Shown piece after piece: positions 26,141 to 40,301 of a DNA stretch of 64,000 nt. The stretch's first letter is position 1. Each line of letters begins with the position of its first letter. The DNA comes from Haliotis rubra (lineage: Eukaryota): NCBI RefSeq assembly GCF_003918875.1, contig NW_025766974.1, positions 1,054,001 to 1,118,000 of the forward strand, given 5' to 3'. The translations under genes and the position numbers were made by a program. The notes under the pieces are model-generated. The model was not told the DNA's origin and ran no database searches. It saw only the letters and a list, made by a program, of their open reading frames with translations.

Positions 26141-27095
26141 ATATAACAACCACTATTTAGAAATGCGCCTCATACCAAAAGACGTTAAGATGTGTTAGAT
26201 GTTGTTACCGTGCCTTGTGTTCGGAATACAGGTGAGAAACCAACAAGTTGGTTGGAGAACACTGTGTCTGGGTGCGTTATCAGCTTTAAACTGAGATGTT
26301 GTGTCTAAGTGACTTACCACTATAAAACCAACATATGTCGCGACCAGTACAAGCAGCTGCACATACACGTGCACGTATGTCGTTATATAAGTGTCATAGT
26401 CTTGGACGCACCGTAAAAACCCATTTCACCTCTCTTCCTAGAAGCAAATCAAAACTTCCGACATTCCCAAGCGTCGCCCACAGATTCGAGCCAGCTGGGG
26501 GTGTCGGTGCCCGTCCCGCCCAGACAGAACAATGCCCCTTCATGATGGTGCTGTCACCAGGGGCGTGAGACGTTAGACAACTGTTTAATATCCACCATGA
26601 ACACTTCGTTCCGCGGGCGGTAATAAACACGCAAGTGTTGTACGACCCAGGTTCAACAGCCGGGGGCACCTTCACTACCTCTGGCTAGGAATGTCAGAAC
26701 ACAATCCATCTCAATCTACCAGTGTTGTTGACACTGTACAAAATACTAGGTTAAAACACGATACGGGTGAATGACATGTGCCGCGTCTCTGAAAATGTTT
26801 ACTTCATAGATTGTAGTTGTCATTGTTGGTTAATGTGACCAAATGCTGGCGGCTACCCGAAATAAAGCTGCGATTTCCTCTTAAATAATCATAGCATGTA
26901 TCAGTCTTCTTCGTGAGATAATCTTATTGTATCTTCTGATTTTGTTCAACATCGCCCTCATCAATACTCCTGCTTTATAAACACCACCACCCCCACCCCC
27001 CCACACACGCCATCCATACACTCCTACACACACGGACCTTCTTGCACCTGTCTCTGCGACCCTGCCATCACATTCTCTACCTGTCAGTAAACACA

Positions 27096-27225
27096 TTTGT
27101 TTGTTTGTTGTATACCCCCGTACCTTGCAATGTTTTCAGCTGTATGACAACAGTCAGTAGGTTATGGAGTCTGGACCAGACAATCCAGTGACATAATAAA
27201 CATCGATCTACTCAACTGTGATCTA
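27096..27225 (-). mobile_element. SINE family B 3' fragment
   Basis: GAGTCTGGACCAGACAATCCAGTGA...CATCGATCTAC with a (TTTG)n tail. Confidence 0.7.
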
Positions 27226-27994
27226 GTGACGTGCAAGGTTCATTTGTTGAATATACTGTTCAACGTATTTAGAGACCATCTGATTGTGCTTATTGTTAAT
27301 TATATAAAAGATTAGCAATAGTAATATGAATATATCGGGTGGTCCGAAACTTCTTTTAAGTAGAAACAACCCAATACAGAGTGCGATAAAGACTGCCATT
27401 TCCACATTTGAACAAAAAGAACATTTCGGTACTATTCTCCAGAGTTTTGTGTATCCAAATATCCGACTACTGGGCGAACTAGATGCCAAATCAATTCCAT
27501 GCAGTATTATTGTAAAATATCCCATGAATTTTGTTCTAAATTCCTGTGCTCTAAAAATGTTTCATCATACCGTTTTAATGTGTACATTAGCATTCCTTGG
27601 TGCAGCTTTTAGATAAATAACAAAAGCTGTGACAGTCACATTATTAATATAAGTTATACGCCCACTATGGTAAACGTCACACGGCGTGCCGTACATACAC
27701 TGTGTCTGGGAGGTGAAGGAACCCCAGCAGGGTTGGGAGATCGCGTATCTCACCATACCATTACCAATATCTTGTGTACAGCATGGAGCAATGTTAGTTT
27801 TACTGATTATTTCGTGTGCATTGATATACAGACTGTGGATATCAATTAAAAATATAATAAATTCTTTGAAGTAATGTGCTCGTCTATCATCATGATGTCA
27901 GATGTTATTATCCTACATAGATCATACACTTCAAACAAACATGACATACAGCTGTATCAAACTGTACATGCTTGTAGACATTCCAGCAGCAGGG

Positions 27995-28171
27995 GACCCG
28001 TGAAGGTCCGGGTTAGAATGTGCCTTCAGTAACCCATGCTTGTCGTAAGAGGCGACTAACGGGATCGGGTGGTCAGGCTCGCTGACTTGGTTGACACATA
28101 TCATCGGTTCCTAATTGCGCACATCGATGCTCATGCTGTTGATCACTTTATTGTCTGGTCCAGACTCGATT
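27995..28171 (+). mobile_element. SINE family B, lacking its 3' tail
   Basis: GACCCGTGAAGGTCCGGGTTAGAAT...TGTCGTAAGAGGCGACTAACGGGATC...GTCCAGACTCGAT. Confidence 0.88.
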
Positions 28172-28303
28172 AATATATAAAGTATATACCTTGTCATATA
28201 TACATAGCTGTATCAGTATGGCCATACCAACAAAACATAAAGTGTAAATACAAATACCTACAGGTACTGTATATACTGAGGTTTGTAGCTCATATAGCAT
28301 GTA

Positions 28304-28468
28304 GGGGCGGCGGGGTAGCCTAGTGGTTAAAGCGTTCGCTCGTCACGCCGAAGATCCGGGTTCGATTCCCCACATGGGTGCAATGTGTGGAGCCTATTTC
28401 TGGTGTCCCCCGCCATTATATTGCTGGAATATTGCTAAAAGCAGCGTAAAACTAAACTCACTCACTCA
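28304..28468 (+). mobile_element. Full-length tRNA-derived SINE family A with a 15-bp TSD
   Basis: A box TAGCCTAGTGG, B box GGTTCGATTCC, tail GCTGGAATATTGCTAAAAGCAGCGTAAAACTAAA(CTCA)n; TSD CTCATATAGCATGTA at 28289-28303 and 28465-28479. Confidence 0.93.
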
Positions 28469-28901
28469 TATAGCATGTAAATATACCATGTTGTCACCTG
28501 TAACAGTGGCGTAACCTTGCTGTCAAGACTGTGGTACGAAGTCTACAGGTTCAGTAATTGAACATGAAATCCCTTAACCACTTTACAATCCACCCAGATG
28601 GATCTACCCCGAGACTGATCCGAGAAACAATTGAAGTGCCCCACCCATATCGGCCACCGTCACTGTGGTTATGTTTTCCCATTATCTCGGATCTATAGAT
28701 ATAATCTAAGTTTGTTTTACATGACATGAAACCTGGATTTAGCTTTTGTGCGCATTTAATACACACAAAAGTAGGTGATTAGGTTTGGTGAGTCGGCGAC
28801 TGCCTGGCGTCTAGAATTGCAATGGAACTGTCGATGTAAACAGAACGGTCTGATTGACTCAAAAACAGAGCCATGACGTGGAGGAGCCTTGTGTGGATAG
28901 T

Positions 28902-29144
28902 GTGTTTGTTTGTTGTTTAACACCGCACTAGGCAATATTCCAGCTGTACGATGACTGATTGTAAATAATCGAATCTGGACCAGACAATCCAGTGATCAAC
29001 AGCATGAGCATCGATCTGCGCAATTGGGAACCGATGACATGTGTCAACCAAGTCAGTGAGCCTGACCATCCGATCTCGTTAGTCGCCTCTTACGACAAGC
29101 ATAGGTTGCTGAAGATCAATATTCTAACCTGGACCTTTACGGGT
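28902..29144 (-). mobile_element. SINE family B, full length
   Basis: Colinear with 43714-43984; (AAAC)n tail. Confidence 0.9.
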
Positions 29145-29290
29145 ATTTCGTATATTGAACATTTTGCAAAACTGACCTGCGCAGATGAAGTATAGAGGTG
29201 CTGAGTTAGTACTATAGTGAAAGGTTTTGTTTCATCGACGTTTGAACTAAGTTTACTAGAACTCTGGGTTGTAACTCTATGTGTCGGTTT

Positions 29291-29455
29291 AGTGAGTGAG
29301 TGAGTGAGTTGGGTTTTGTTGCCGCTTTGAACGGCATTATTACCAAGGACGCAATCGGGGTGAATATGGTTTGGAACCCAAATCACAGGTCTTTGGCGTG
29401 CCCAGATGACACAAGTCTGTACAGGGAAGTGCGACTGGGCCAATTGTGCCCCTTG
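29291..29455 (-). mobile_element. SINE-like element with the shared (ACTC)n tail but a different body
   Basis: (GAGT)n TGGGTTTTGTTGCCGCTTTG tail signature; body unlike families A and B. Confidence 0.45.
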
Positions 29456-32400
29456 TGTATTGCTTTGATAAGCTCCGCTGTTTGTCAATTTTAAAGAGTC
29501 TCGACGCTTTTCATTCTTGGAATAACGTAAATAAGGAAAACTTGCCACTATCACAAGAAAGGGTCACACATGGTTTCTGCTGTTATACGGGTTCCCTCCA
29601 GTATCACCAGGTAATTCTCATACAATGTTGCAACATCAAATAACCTGATATCAAACCAAACAGGAATAACGGATCGATCCAGGGATCTTTTTAACATTCA
29701 GGTGTGGAAGAGTCTCTGCAAATTTGACCTTCAGATTGTTTCTACAAACACTTCCGCTGACACTAAGCCCTGTGTGGGAATTAAACACAGCGTTAAATTG
29801 GTACGAAAACAAGGACAAAGGTTGAAATTCAATAACCGCACTGGTTTTCATGTTCATTGCCATTCAGCTCATTGGTATGGAATGTCTAATCGAAATCCTA
29901 AACTTTGATGACACAATAAAAGATAAGCTTGCCCAGCAAGGCGGTGTCCGAATGTCTGACCTTCACACCCTTGGGTCTCTGCCGGTCATGACCTCTGACC
30001 CTTTAGGTACGCTCGCTTCGTAAAAGTTTGTGTAAATCAGAGCTATCAAGTCCAAGGCGTGGGTTTGACTGGGGTTTCAGTATGTCGACCAGGCGGAAAT
30101 ATTGCTTGTGCCCTACACATGAAGTTCAACAGAGCATGGAATCCACTGGTGCAAGCTATCAGCCGAAGCCAAGCTTTCGGCATGAATCACATCCTTTCAT
30201 TATGAACGTTAGGGGTGCATAAAGGGGAAATGGTTAGTAAATGACGAGGCCACGAAGCTGGCATGAAGTAAGTCATTGTGTGTATCAGATGGCGTAGACG
30301 GTGGCACGAGGGTCTCATTATCTGTATGACCAGATCATAAGGTGGGGTTCACTTGTAGACTGGGATTGTCTCAATATTGTTGGTTTATATCACATGAAGC
30401 CATGCCACTTACTTCGCGGATGAGTGAACAACAGAGGATATTTACTATATAAGATAAAGTACTCATCAAAAATCGATATCCACAAGATGTATAAGAATAT
30501 ACCTGTGGCTTGAAAGAAACACGTAACATTAAGATAAATATACATGTATACGAGATGTATGACGACCGACAAATAAAACACTTGTTAACCAAATATGCAT
30601 GAATCTACGTCGTGGTTATGAAAGCAGATATAATATATATCTAAAGACCCATGAAAAACATATTTACCAGAAGAATTAATCATAAACATATATCAGATAT
30701 ATATTTATATTACTATTTATTACCGAAGTCGTCAAATTGAGGAAAATAAACCAAAATCTACTTTCAAACATAGGCTCGCTACCCGCCGTCGCCGCATGTA
30801 GAACGCAACGTCATAGAAGAAACGTGACGTCATAGCATTGTTCATGACGTTACGTCACCATGACAAAGTGATATTTTTCCCTGGAGCGTCGTATGAAAAA
30901 TATGAACGATATTTTCGCCCTCGTAGATAATAAATATTTATAAGACTTCAGAAACCATTGATTAGTTGTAGTGTTAATTACTTTCCGTATGCATGAGTAA
31001 TATCGTATCCACCGTACATATAGATAATTAGTAGAAATGCATATCCATATTTCCAAAATGTATCATTGTGATCTGTGAAGTCATGAAAAGAAGGTTGCTA
31101 ACGTGATCCTGGATCGACCGTGTGTACTCAACCATGAAACAATCACCATAAACTGTTTACCTTCCAGTCGGATTACAACGACCAGTTCGTTTCATTCGAC
31201 ACTGGCACATTAAGACACAAGTCGCCATTTTTTATTTGTCACTTTAGATGGACATAAACAATCAAGCAAACCCAGGAGCACGATATAGATGGATACGTCA
31301 TACAGTATAATAGACTGAATAATGAAGGATACACGTGATTGGAACCGTACATTGCTCCATGACGTGAGCTGGGGTCATTCTGGTGTTCTTGCAGCATAGA
31401 ATCCGTCGTGAAGTACAATTGTACAGTACAACACAGGAACGCTGAGACGGGAGGAGTGGAAATGAGTTGAAATAAAATGTTGGCCTTATCCCAGCCATAT
31501 AACGAAGACTAGGAAAAGATGCTAGTTTGTTATAAGTACAGCTTTAGCAAAGCGCTGAATAATTCCGGAGATCAAACGTTCGACAAGTTTATAGGTTCTG
31601 AATAATTATGATTTCGAGGAATCCGACGCAGCAATTCAGACGGTATTACCTCATATCATATACGTGAAGTAATTTTAAGTGATAAGTAATTAATGAATTC
31701 AAGTTGTATATGTCAGTTTTATTTGCGGCGTTTCCCAAACGTTTGATGACATTTACACCGACTCTGTAATTGCCCTTGAGGCAGCGACACGGCATATCTG
31801 TCATTCATCAAACGGATGGCAGAGTGCCCGGGGCAGGTGTGCAGGTCAGAGATAGATGTCCGTGGTTGGATCTAGGAAGGAGCCGCAAGGCAGACTAAAG
31901 CAGGTTTAAGAAAGTACATGTAATTACTAACAACGAAGCATGTCATTGTAACATGGAAGTGTTTGTTGGGGTCAGTTTAGACCTGAGGGGTGGGGACAAT
32001 ACGGACACCTTGCTGTGTCTCATATGGATGTGACGGGCGGCATATGTGGTCAGTGCCTGGAAGGGTCACCCCAGGGCAGGTATTGTCTGAACAACCTATC
32101 GTAGGGGTCTGGAAAAGGTCAAAATATACATACACATGTCCCGTCACATTCATAAACGCCCGGAAATAATAATGGGGCTTATACCAGGGAAGCATGTCTT
32201 GTATATCATTATACTGTTGTACATACTTCACAAATAATATACACACTAAAATATAAGTATGTTCGTGTTGTTCAGTGCGGGAACATACAGCCATGGACTT
32301 CCTCCCGATACCTTGTCATTAGCCGCGTCACTCATGGCAAGCATGTAGTGGGTGTAATAATGTTCCACACTATTCTGTCGGTACATAAATCCCATACACA

Positions 32401-32688
32401 ATCATTCTTGTTCGACAAAGCATGGCGGTATGTGGCATATGGCAAAGGTACTATTTACCTCAATTATTTCCAAGGTGTTTAAAGACAAGCTGAAGCCAAG
32501 ATTCTTGGGGACATTCAGGTGGAAGAGTCCTACTACATCCCCTAATTACCCTGTCTGTACCAGCCAACCGTGTCTCGAAAATGACGTCGTCCATCGAGGT
32601 GGCCATTTTGACGGAAGATAGAAATACGTCACAAAGCCTGTACTGGGTTCCCGGCCAGCGAAACAAGGAGACAACGTCATGTGCTGAT

Positions 32689-32870
32689 GGAGTGAGTGTG
32701 TGGGGTTGGCTTAACGCCGCTTTAAACAGTATTCCAGTTATAGCACGGCGTGCCAGCTTCATGTGGGGGGAAAAGCCCCAAGTGATGAAGGTCTTAGCGT
32801 TCATGACTCTGGGGGAAATCACAAGCACGTACAAGGTATACCTGGACACAAAGTCAGGGGTGTTGTCGGT
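32689..32870 (-). mobile_element. SINE-like element with the shared tail and a different body
   Basis: GAGTGAGTG...TTAACGCCGCTTTAAACAGTATTCCAGTTATAGCACGGCG tail signature. Confidence 0.5.
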
Positions 32871-33839
32871 TAATACAGATAACTCCAATATATAAAACAG
32901 TGTCTTTGACAAGGAAGTGTACTTGTTCTTTGTGCATGCGGCATACGTTAACAGCTCAGCAGCTTATTTTAACTTATAATTGTTAAATACATTGAAGGGA
33001 TCACCATAATATTTGATTCAGAAGATTTTACAAATACATGAGGGTTTAGTAAACAAAACCTACACGCAGGAAAACAAAGTCTTTCAAAGGTCATTGACCT
33101 CCGTAGCCTAATCTTTTAAACATAATAGTGGTGTCCATATTTTCAAAGGGTAATATTAATTCTGTCAAATTTAATGTTCAAATCAAAAGTGATCCACAAA
33201 TAGTTGAAAACTACTGACGATACGTGTAGAATATACGTACTCGTTTGTGTTCCGGTGGTCAGACTAACACTTGATTTGCCTTTGTAAACATGAATGCAAT
33301 TTTCATATTGATGATCACATGAGCAGTATGGGTTCTCAGAGGCATATCTTTCACATTTGACTGAGTGTATTTATCAGCTCTCTTGTACTGCCACGAGCAT
33401 TGTCGTCCGCCTCTCCGATAGAAGGGAGGACTACTTGGTATCACACTATGTACGAACGCCAATAATCGCCAACTCACTACACAAAGGAAGCAGCATAGCA
33501 TTTACTTAAACAGACTAACAGAAACGCCCAAGACTAAGGCGTGATTTGGTGTTTACAGATTTATGGAAGATTTGACATGACTTAGGACAAAGCCTTTGTT
33601 GACATGGAAAACGTTGTTTATATAGATAATGACTGGCCTTCTACAGCGGTCAGTGTGGTCAGACAAGACTCGGGGTGACTCTCTTGTCGGGAACTGTCTT
33701 CGGCGCTGACATCAACTGTCCGTCATTGCTACGTTCTTACCTTATTACTTCGAAACTGCTTTTAACACGTTTATATAGTATCTGGATTAGGTTTATCGCA
33801 GTCAAGTGTAATGGTAATATTTTGAATGTTTTTAAAATG

Positions 33840-34067
33840 GGTGAGTGAGTTTAGTTTTGCGCCGCACTCAGCAATATTCCAGCTATATGTAAATAATCAA
33901 ATCTGGACCAGACAATCCAGTTATCAATATCATGGGCATCGATCTACGCAATTGGCATACAATGACATGTGTTAACCAAGTCAGCAGCCTGACCACCCGA
34001 TCCCGTTAGTCGCCTCTTACGACAAACATGGGTTACTGAAGGCCAATTCAAACCCGGATCTTCACGG
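33840..34067 (-). mobile_element. SINE family B
   Basis: (GAGT)n tail through CCCGGATCTTCACGG head. Confidence 0.9.
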
Positions 34068-34539
34068 TCTTTCTTTAAAGATATATGTATATAATAAAAC
34101 CTATGTGGAATTAATTGAGTTATAGTATCAAGGAACAAAGGATTAACATATGGATTTCATCTTATTCATGCTTTCATTGAGTTGTTTCAGAACGGATGCT
34201 TGTACTTTCTTATTTGCTTGCTTAATAAAGGTACTAGCATATGTACCCGAAAGTCACATTGAAAAAATACGCTTGCTTCAATCCTTGTCAAAGCTGTCTT
34301 CCTGCAAACATAATGGACGAAATTCTAAGGTCAGTAAAGGCGATTTGTCATAGTGTCGTTAGTTATTGCTGTCATTCGGGAATATATAATGTGAATATCA
34401 GCGTCAAAAGATAGTATCTGTCATCGCCAAGGGGTTAAATATATACACATAGAAGCATAAATCACTTAGACACCAGGGCCCTCAAGTCATGGACGCCCGA
34501 ACCTTTGTTTCACTAATGTGGGTTATGTTATCGCAACAG

Positions 34540-35080
34540 CATTGTGACATTATTCCTGCCAACATCTCTGTATTGTCACATCTCACTATTCACGTCAAAG
34601 GTTCTATATTGCAAAATCTCAACATTCCTGTCAACGTGTATACATTGCACAATCGCACAATAGCCACTTAATATCATCTCACGGGGTCGTACTGTATTTT
34701 ATGTATCTTTTACCTTTTATGATATTGTACAGTATTAACCTTTTAATATATTACTGTTATATACAACATGTCCCATATGTATTTAGTGTCTCGTAGGTCA
34801 ATGTTGGCCAGACACTTTTATGAAGTGTGTGACACTTCAATAAAATATTTTTCTTCTTTTTCTACTATTCCTGTCAACGTGTATATTGCACAATCGCACT
34901 ATTCCTGTCAACGTGTATATTGTAAAATCGCACTATTCCTATCAACGAGTATATTGCTACAGCTCACTATTCCTGTCAACGTGTATTTTGCAACAGCTGA
35001 CTGTTTCTGTCAATGTCTCTATGTTTTAAGGCAATTGAACCTCTGTATATTGCAACACCGGACCATTCCCGTCAATATCT
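34540..35080. repeat. Degenerate 34-bp tandem repeat (CTATTCCTGTCAACGTGTATATTGCACAATCGCA) interrupted by a ~200-bp insertion at about 34667-34862
   Basis: Period 34 at 34865/34899; the insertion ends AATAAAATATTTTTCTTCTTTT, like a retroelement 3' end. Confidence 0.7.
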
Positions 35081-37544
35081 AAACATCGCCTCATCCCTCT
35101 TTACTCACCAGTCTCTACACTTTAACATATCATTCCCGTTAACTTCACGATACCGTACCATAACAGTATTCTTGACAACCATTCACTATCAATGTTTTGG
35201 GGCAAGTCCGCACAGGGTCATCAGTAAAAACATAGGATTAGTTACACATGTTTCTTGATCTCAAAATAAATCAATACTAAATGATCACATAACGTCTTGG
35301 TTACCATGCCAGTGTACGTCACATACATCACACACATTAGCCTACGTTTCACTCAAAGAAAGAAACAAAAACTATTTCGTTCTTATAATTTTCTTGGGGG
35401 GGGATAAAAAACGCTAATGTTTGTCAACCCATGAGCATAGGAATGCTAAGCACGCCAGAATACGCGTCCTGCCCTATTCGTCTTGTTCTAAGCGACTGTG
35501 GCGAGCGGGGTCCTTGCAGGGGGTCGTCATTCCTCGATATTCGCGACATCGACGCTGAGAGAGCACGCCCAGTTGCTTTCCATACTTTACCTACACTGGG
35601 AAGGTGAAACCGGTTTGCAATACACACGTATCGCTGCCTTCTTGGTGAATAAGGACAAATGTCACTGATCTACTGAACGTTTGTTTATGACTTTTAGCTT
35701 GAACTACATTTTACCATAAGTCACAATTTGTATAAGGTTTGCCTTTCGTTATTTTCAAGATAGGCGTTGGCGTTACTAAACCTGAATACATGGCTATGCT
35801 TGTGATATGTTAACTACATAAGCACGGGCGTTATTTGAACTTGGGGGTCATAATGAAGCACTGATACATAGAAAGAAAATAGTTTGAGTGAGTGAATATT
35901 GCTTAACGCCGCATCATCAATTGTGCAGCTATTCGTGGAGAGGACAAGTCTGTGAATAGAATGTGTCCACAGTAGTACAGTAGTACCATCCGTATTGTAT
36001 TCTGACGTCACGTCACCACATCAAGTTAGCATCAGTCAACTGAGGAACTAGTCCTGTAACGGCTAAAATAACCAAATGATAGTTTCTAAAAGTATGGTTC
36101 AAAATTCAAGATTTCTATTTATTTACACCGATAGATCGGGGAGACCATAAAATGTGGTCGATATCGCTGAAAGGTAGAACCGTAAACAAACGTCATATAT
36201 TTTATACAATAAAAACTTGATTAGCCTCAAGCAGTTTTTTACACTGAAGTCTTGTATCAGAGATAAGCATCGCATCATTTCAGACACACCAGGTCGTGTC
36301 ATCTGGACGTGAGATAGGGCATTCCGCAGTAACGCAGGGTGTGGAGGTCTGCTAGTAAGGTGAAGACAGATCAAGTGGCAGATTCTGGCCGGACCTTCCA
36401 TTTCAACCACCGATCAAGAAACAGCGACACAACTCGTGGGTGCTACTCTCCATAGATAATTGTGGTGTGTTTCAATTTGTATGCAGGCTAAAGCTGAGTT
36501 GTGTGTTGATCACATGTCATGTCTGTATCACCTGTATGACATAACATATTTGTTTTCACTCACAAAAACCAAGACTTCCAGCATGACTGATATTTACACA
36601 GGTAGGTTCAGGTGATGAGGTCAGCACGGCGTGGGCTACAGGTAACACAAGCTTGCCGTCCAGACTCGCACCTGGACAAATGAATCACGAGGTACGCATC
36701 AAACTGCATTAAGTACCTGACGGGGATTGAATAATCGTCGTGGTCACTCCACCTGACTACATGCACTCCAGGGGCTATTTAAAACCGGGATGACCTTTCT
36801 CGTACAATGAGGTACCTTTCCCCAAACTCAGGTGGTTCATAGTTCAAATGCATCACGGTCGTGTTACTACTACTAGGGAGTATCGTGGTGTATAAAGCCT
36901 TATACAACAGGTGATTTCAGACAACAAGATTCAGGAAACACAACACACTAGGGAGTATCGTGGTGTATAAGGTCTTACACCTTACAAAATTAGCTCCTCA
37001 ACGGAGATAACGCTATAATAGGCGTTCAATGCATATATAGTACCAGAAAGCAATGATTAATTTTTCAATCGTATATGTGGTAAATGTAGCGTGTAAGAGC
37101 GTAACTGATAGGGTGGCAATATGTTCAGTCAATCTGCACTGTGTACTGTGTGTGTGTGTGTGTGTGGGGGAAGAGAGGGTGTTTGGTGTTGTTGTGGGGA
37201 GTGGGGAGGGTTGGTGTGTGGTGGGGTGGGGTGGTGTTGGTTGGGTCACTGCGACCAAACACTTTAACACTAAGCCTAATACATCAGGTACAGCTCGCGA
37301 CTGACAGACCAGGAGTACTTCATCACTTCATCTCAGAAGTTTATCACCAGAAACCATAGCTGCGGTCACCAGGAATTTAGTTTGCACCTTGTATAATGGA
37401 GTGAATATACTAAAACATAATGTGTAGTAGTGAGATTTCGACTATATCACGTGCATGTCTGAATAGAGCACTATCCAGTAATGATGAGACGGTCGCCATA
37501 ACGGGAACAACGTAACGTTGTGGGGTTACAAGGAGACAATCAGT

Positions 37545-39140
37545 GGTTAAATGAGACATTCAGGGGTAAATGGAGACAACAGGGTACAGTGGGACACTCA
37601 GGGGTAAATTGAGACAACAGGGTACAGTGGGACACTCAGGGGTAAATTGAGACAACAGGGTACAGTGGGACACTCAGGGGTAAATTGAGACAACAGGGTA
37701 CAGTGGGACACTCAGGGGTAAATTGAGACAACAGGGTACAGTGAGACACTCAGGGGAGTAAGTGAGACAACAGGGTACAGTGAGACACTCAGGGTTAAAT
37801 TGAGACAACAGGGTACAGTGAGACACTCAGGGGTAAATTGAGACAACAGGGTACAGTGGGACACTCAGGGGTAAATTGAGACAACAGGGTACAGTGAGAC
37901 ACTCAGGGGTAAATTGAGACAACAGGGTACAGTGGGACACTCAGGGGTAAATTGAGACAACAGGGTACAGTGAGACACTCAGGGTAAATTGAGACAACAG
38001 GGTACAGTGGGACACTCAGGGGTAAATTGAGACAACAGGGTACAGTGAGACACTCAGGGGTAAATTGAGACAACAGGGTACAGTGGGACACTCAGGGGTA
38101 AATGAGACAACAGGGTACAGTGGGACACTCAGGGGTAAATTGAGACAACAGGGTACAGTGAGACACTCAGGGGTAAATTGAGACAACAGGGTACAGTGAG
38201 ACACTCAGGGGTAAATTGAGACAACAGGGTACAGTGGGACACTCAGGGGTAAATTGAGACAACAGGGTACAGTGAGACACTCAGGGGTAAATTGAGACAA
38301 CAGGGTACAGTGGGACACTCAGGGGTAAATTGAGACAACAGGGTACAGTGAGACACTCAGGGGTAAATTGAGACAACAGGGTACAGTGGGACACTCAGGG
38401 GTAAATTGAGACAACAGGGTACAGTGAGACACTCAGGGGTAAATTGAGACAACAGGGTACAGTGAGACATTCAGAGGTAAATGGAGACAACAGGGTACAG
38501 TGGGACACTCAGGGGTAAATTGAGACAACAGGGTACAGTGGGACACTCAGGGGTAAATTGAGACAACAGGGTACAGTGAGACACTCAGGGGTAAATTGAG
38601 ACAACAGGGTACAGTGAGACACTCAGGGGTAAATTGAGACAACAGGGTACAGTGGGACACTCAGGGGTAAATTGAGACAACAGGGTACAGTGAGACACTC
38701 AGGGGTAAATTGAGACAACAGGGTACAGTGGGACACTCAGGGGTAAATTGTGAGACAACAGGGTACAGTGAGACACTCAGGGTAAATTGAGACAACAGGG
38801 TACAGTGGGACACTCAGGGGTAAATTGAGACAACAGGGTACAGTGAGACACTCAGGGGTAAATTGAGACAACAGGGTACAGTGGGACACTCAGGGGTAAA
38901 TTGAGACAACAGGGTACAATGAGACACTCAGGGGTAAATTGAGACAACAGGGTACAATGAGACACTCAGGGGTAAATTGAGACAACAGGGTACAATGAGA
39001 CACTCAGGGGTAAATTGAGACAACAGGGTACAATGAGACACTCAGGGGTAAATTGAGACAACAGGGTACAATGAGACACTCAGGGGTAAATTGAGACAAC
39101 AGGGTACAATGAGACACTCAGAGGTATAATGGGACATTCG
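37545..39140. repeat. 38-bp satellite, about 41 units, built as a dimer of two 19-bp subunits
   Basis: CAGGGGTAAATTGAGACAA + CAGGGTACAGTGRGACACT; period 38 at 37561/37599. Confidence 0.97.
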
Positions 39141-40260
39141 ACTTTCAAATGATGCAGTGCAACTACCCGATCCTCAGTTCACAAGCATCGGAACTGGGGT
39201 CCAAACCCGCTGCAGATTCCCATAACAACATAATCGGAATAATAACATACGTCATCACGGACATCCCCGGCAGACCCTTTTAACCTTGCCATGGCAACAG
39301 CACATCAGTAATGTGTGAAACATACTTATAGTCTATACATAGTCTCTTGTAAACACAAATAATATTAATTTGTCTTAATATGGGAGATATATCAATCGAT
39401 GCTTTAGTACTTAGATGCACTTGTAACGACCTTCTCTATAGCACTTAAAATGCATTTTGACGGTCAAGCAGATTGTTTGATCTGTTGTGAAATATCGACT
39501 TTGTGGTTTACCCTCACAGCAATGGGCTGGCGTCACTATATTTGTGAGAAATTGTGAACACATATATATTCACTGACCTTTTAAATATTTAAACAAGATA
39601 TATTAGTTCTTCTCATTGTGGTTTCAAACCAGATATATGGACACGTTTATTCACATTCCTCTGGTGGCAACACAGACCTATATACTCGCGTACGGATTGC
39701 CAGGTGTGAGTCAACCAGACCTAAGTTACTTGAATTGATTGCTGATGTCGATGAACAAATTGAACCCTGCACAAAGCAAATAACCCGAGATTGGAAGAAT
39801 TTCTTTTCGAGATCTGTATTGACACTGCTGCGTGAATAACACTTGACGACTAAATACGTGTCAACATAACACATAACCCACATTCCAGTGTACAGGTGTG
39901 TATGCTAAATCCAAAGTAATATGAAACACAAGGCTAGGGGGTACCTGAAGGTAATGCAAACACAGGTAAAATACAAGGCCAATTCCAAAGAATAAGCTGT
40001 CTTCATTATCTGTCGAAGGGAAAAAGAAGTATATTTTATGCAAAACGAAACCGCCAGTTCACGTTTGCCCTCGGGTATGTAGCACAATGGGAAGGTTTCC
40101 TGTTAAATCTTATTGTTTACATAAGTGTTTGTTTTGTAGGTTTACAAGTTTGGACATTTGGACATTCGTATGGTGTCCCTACCTCTAAACGAGTAAAATG
40201 TCGTGCCGATATATACTACCCATCAAAACTTTAGACTCACCTAAAGCACTCATTATATGT

Positions 40261-40263
<3 letters not shown>

Positions 40264-40298
<35 letters not shown>
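40264..40298. repeat. (TA)n microsatellite
   Basis: Direct reading. Confidence 0.95.

Positions 40299-40301
<3 letters not shown>

Noticed and set aside
28304-28380. tRNA gene
   Set aside because: A/B boxes run into a SINE body and tail with a TSD; multiple diverged copies
36871-36970. 24-bp direct repeat ACTAGGGAGTATCGTGGTGTATAA
   Set aside because: Only two copies; simple local duplication with no further structure
37903-38204. Cys-rich repetitive ORFs
   Set aside because: Translations of the 38-bp satellite
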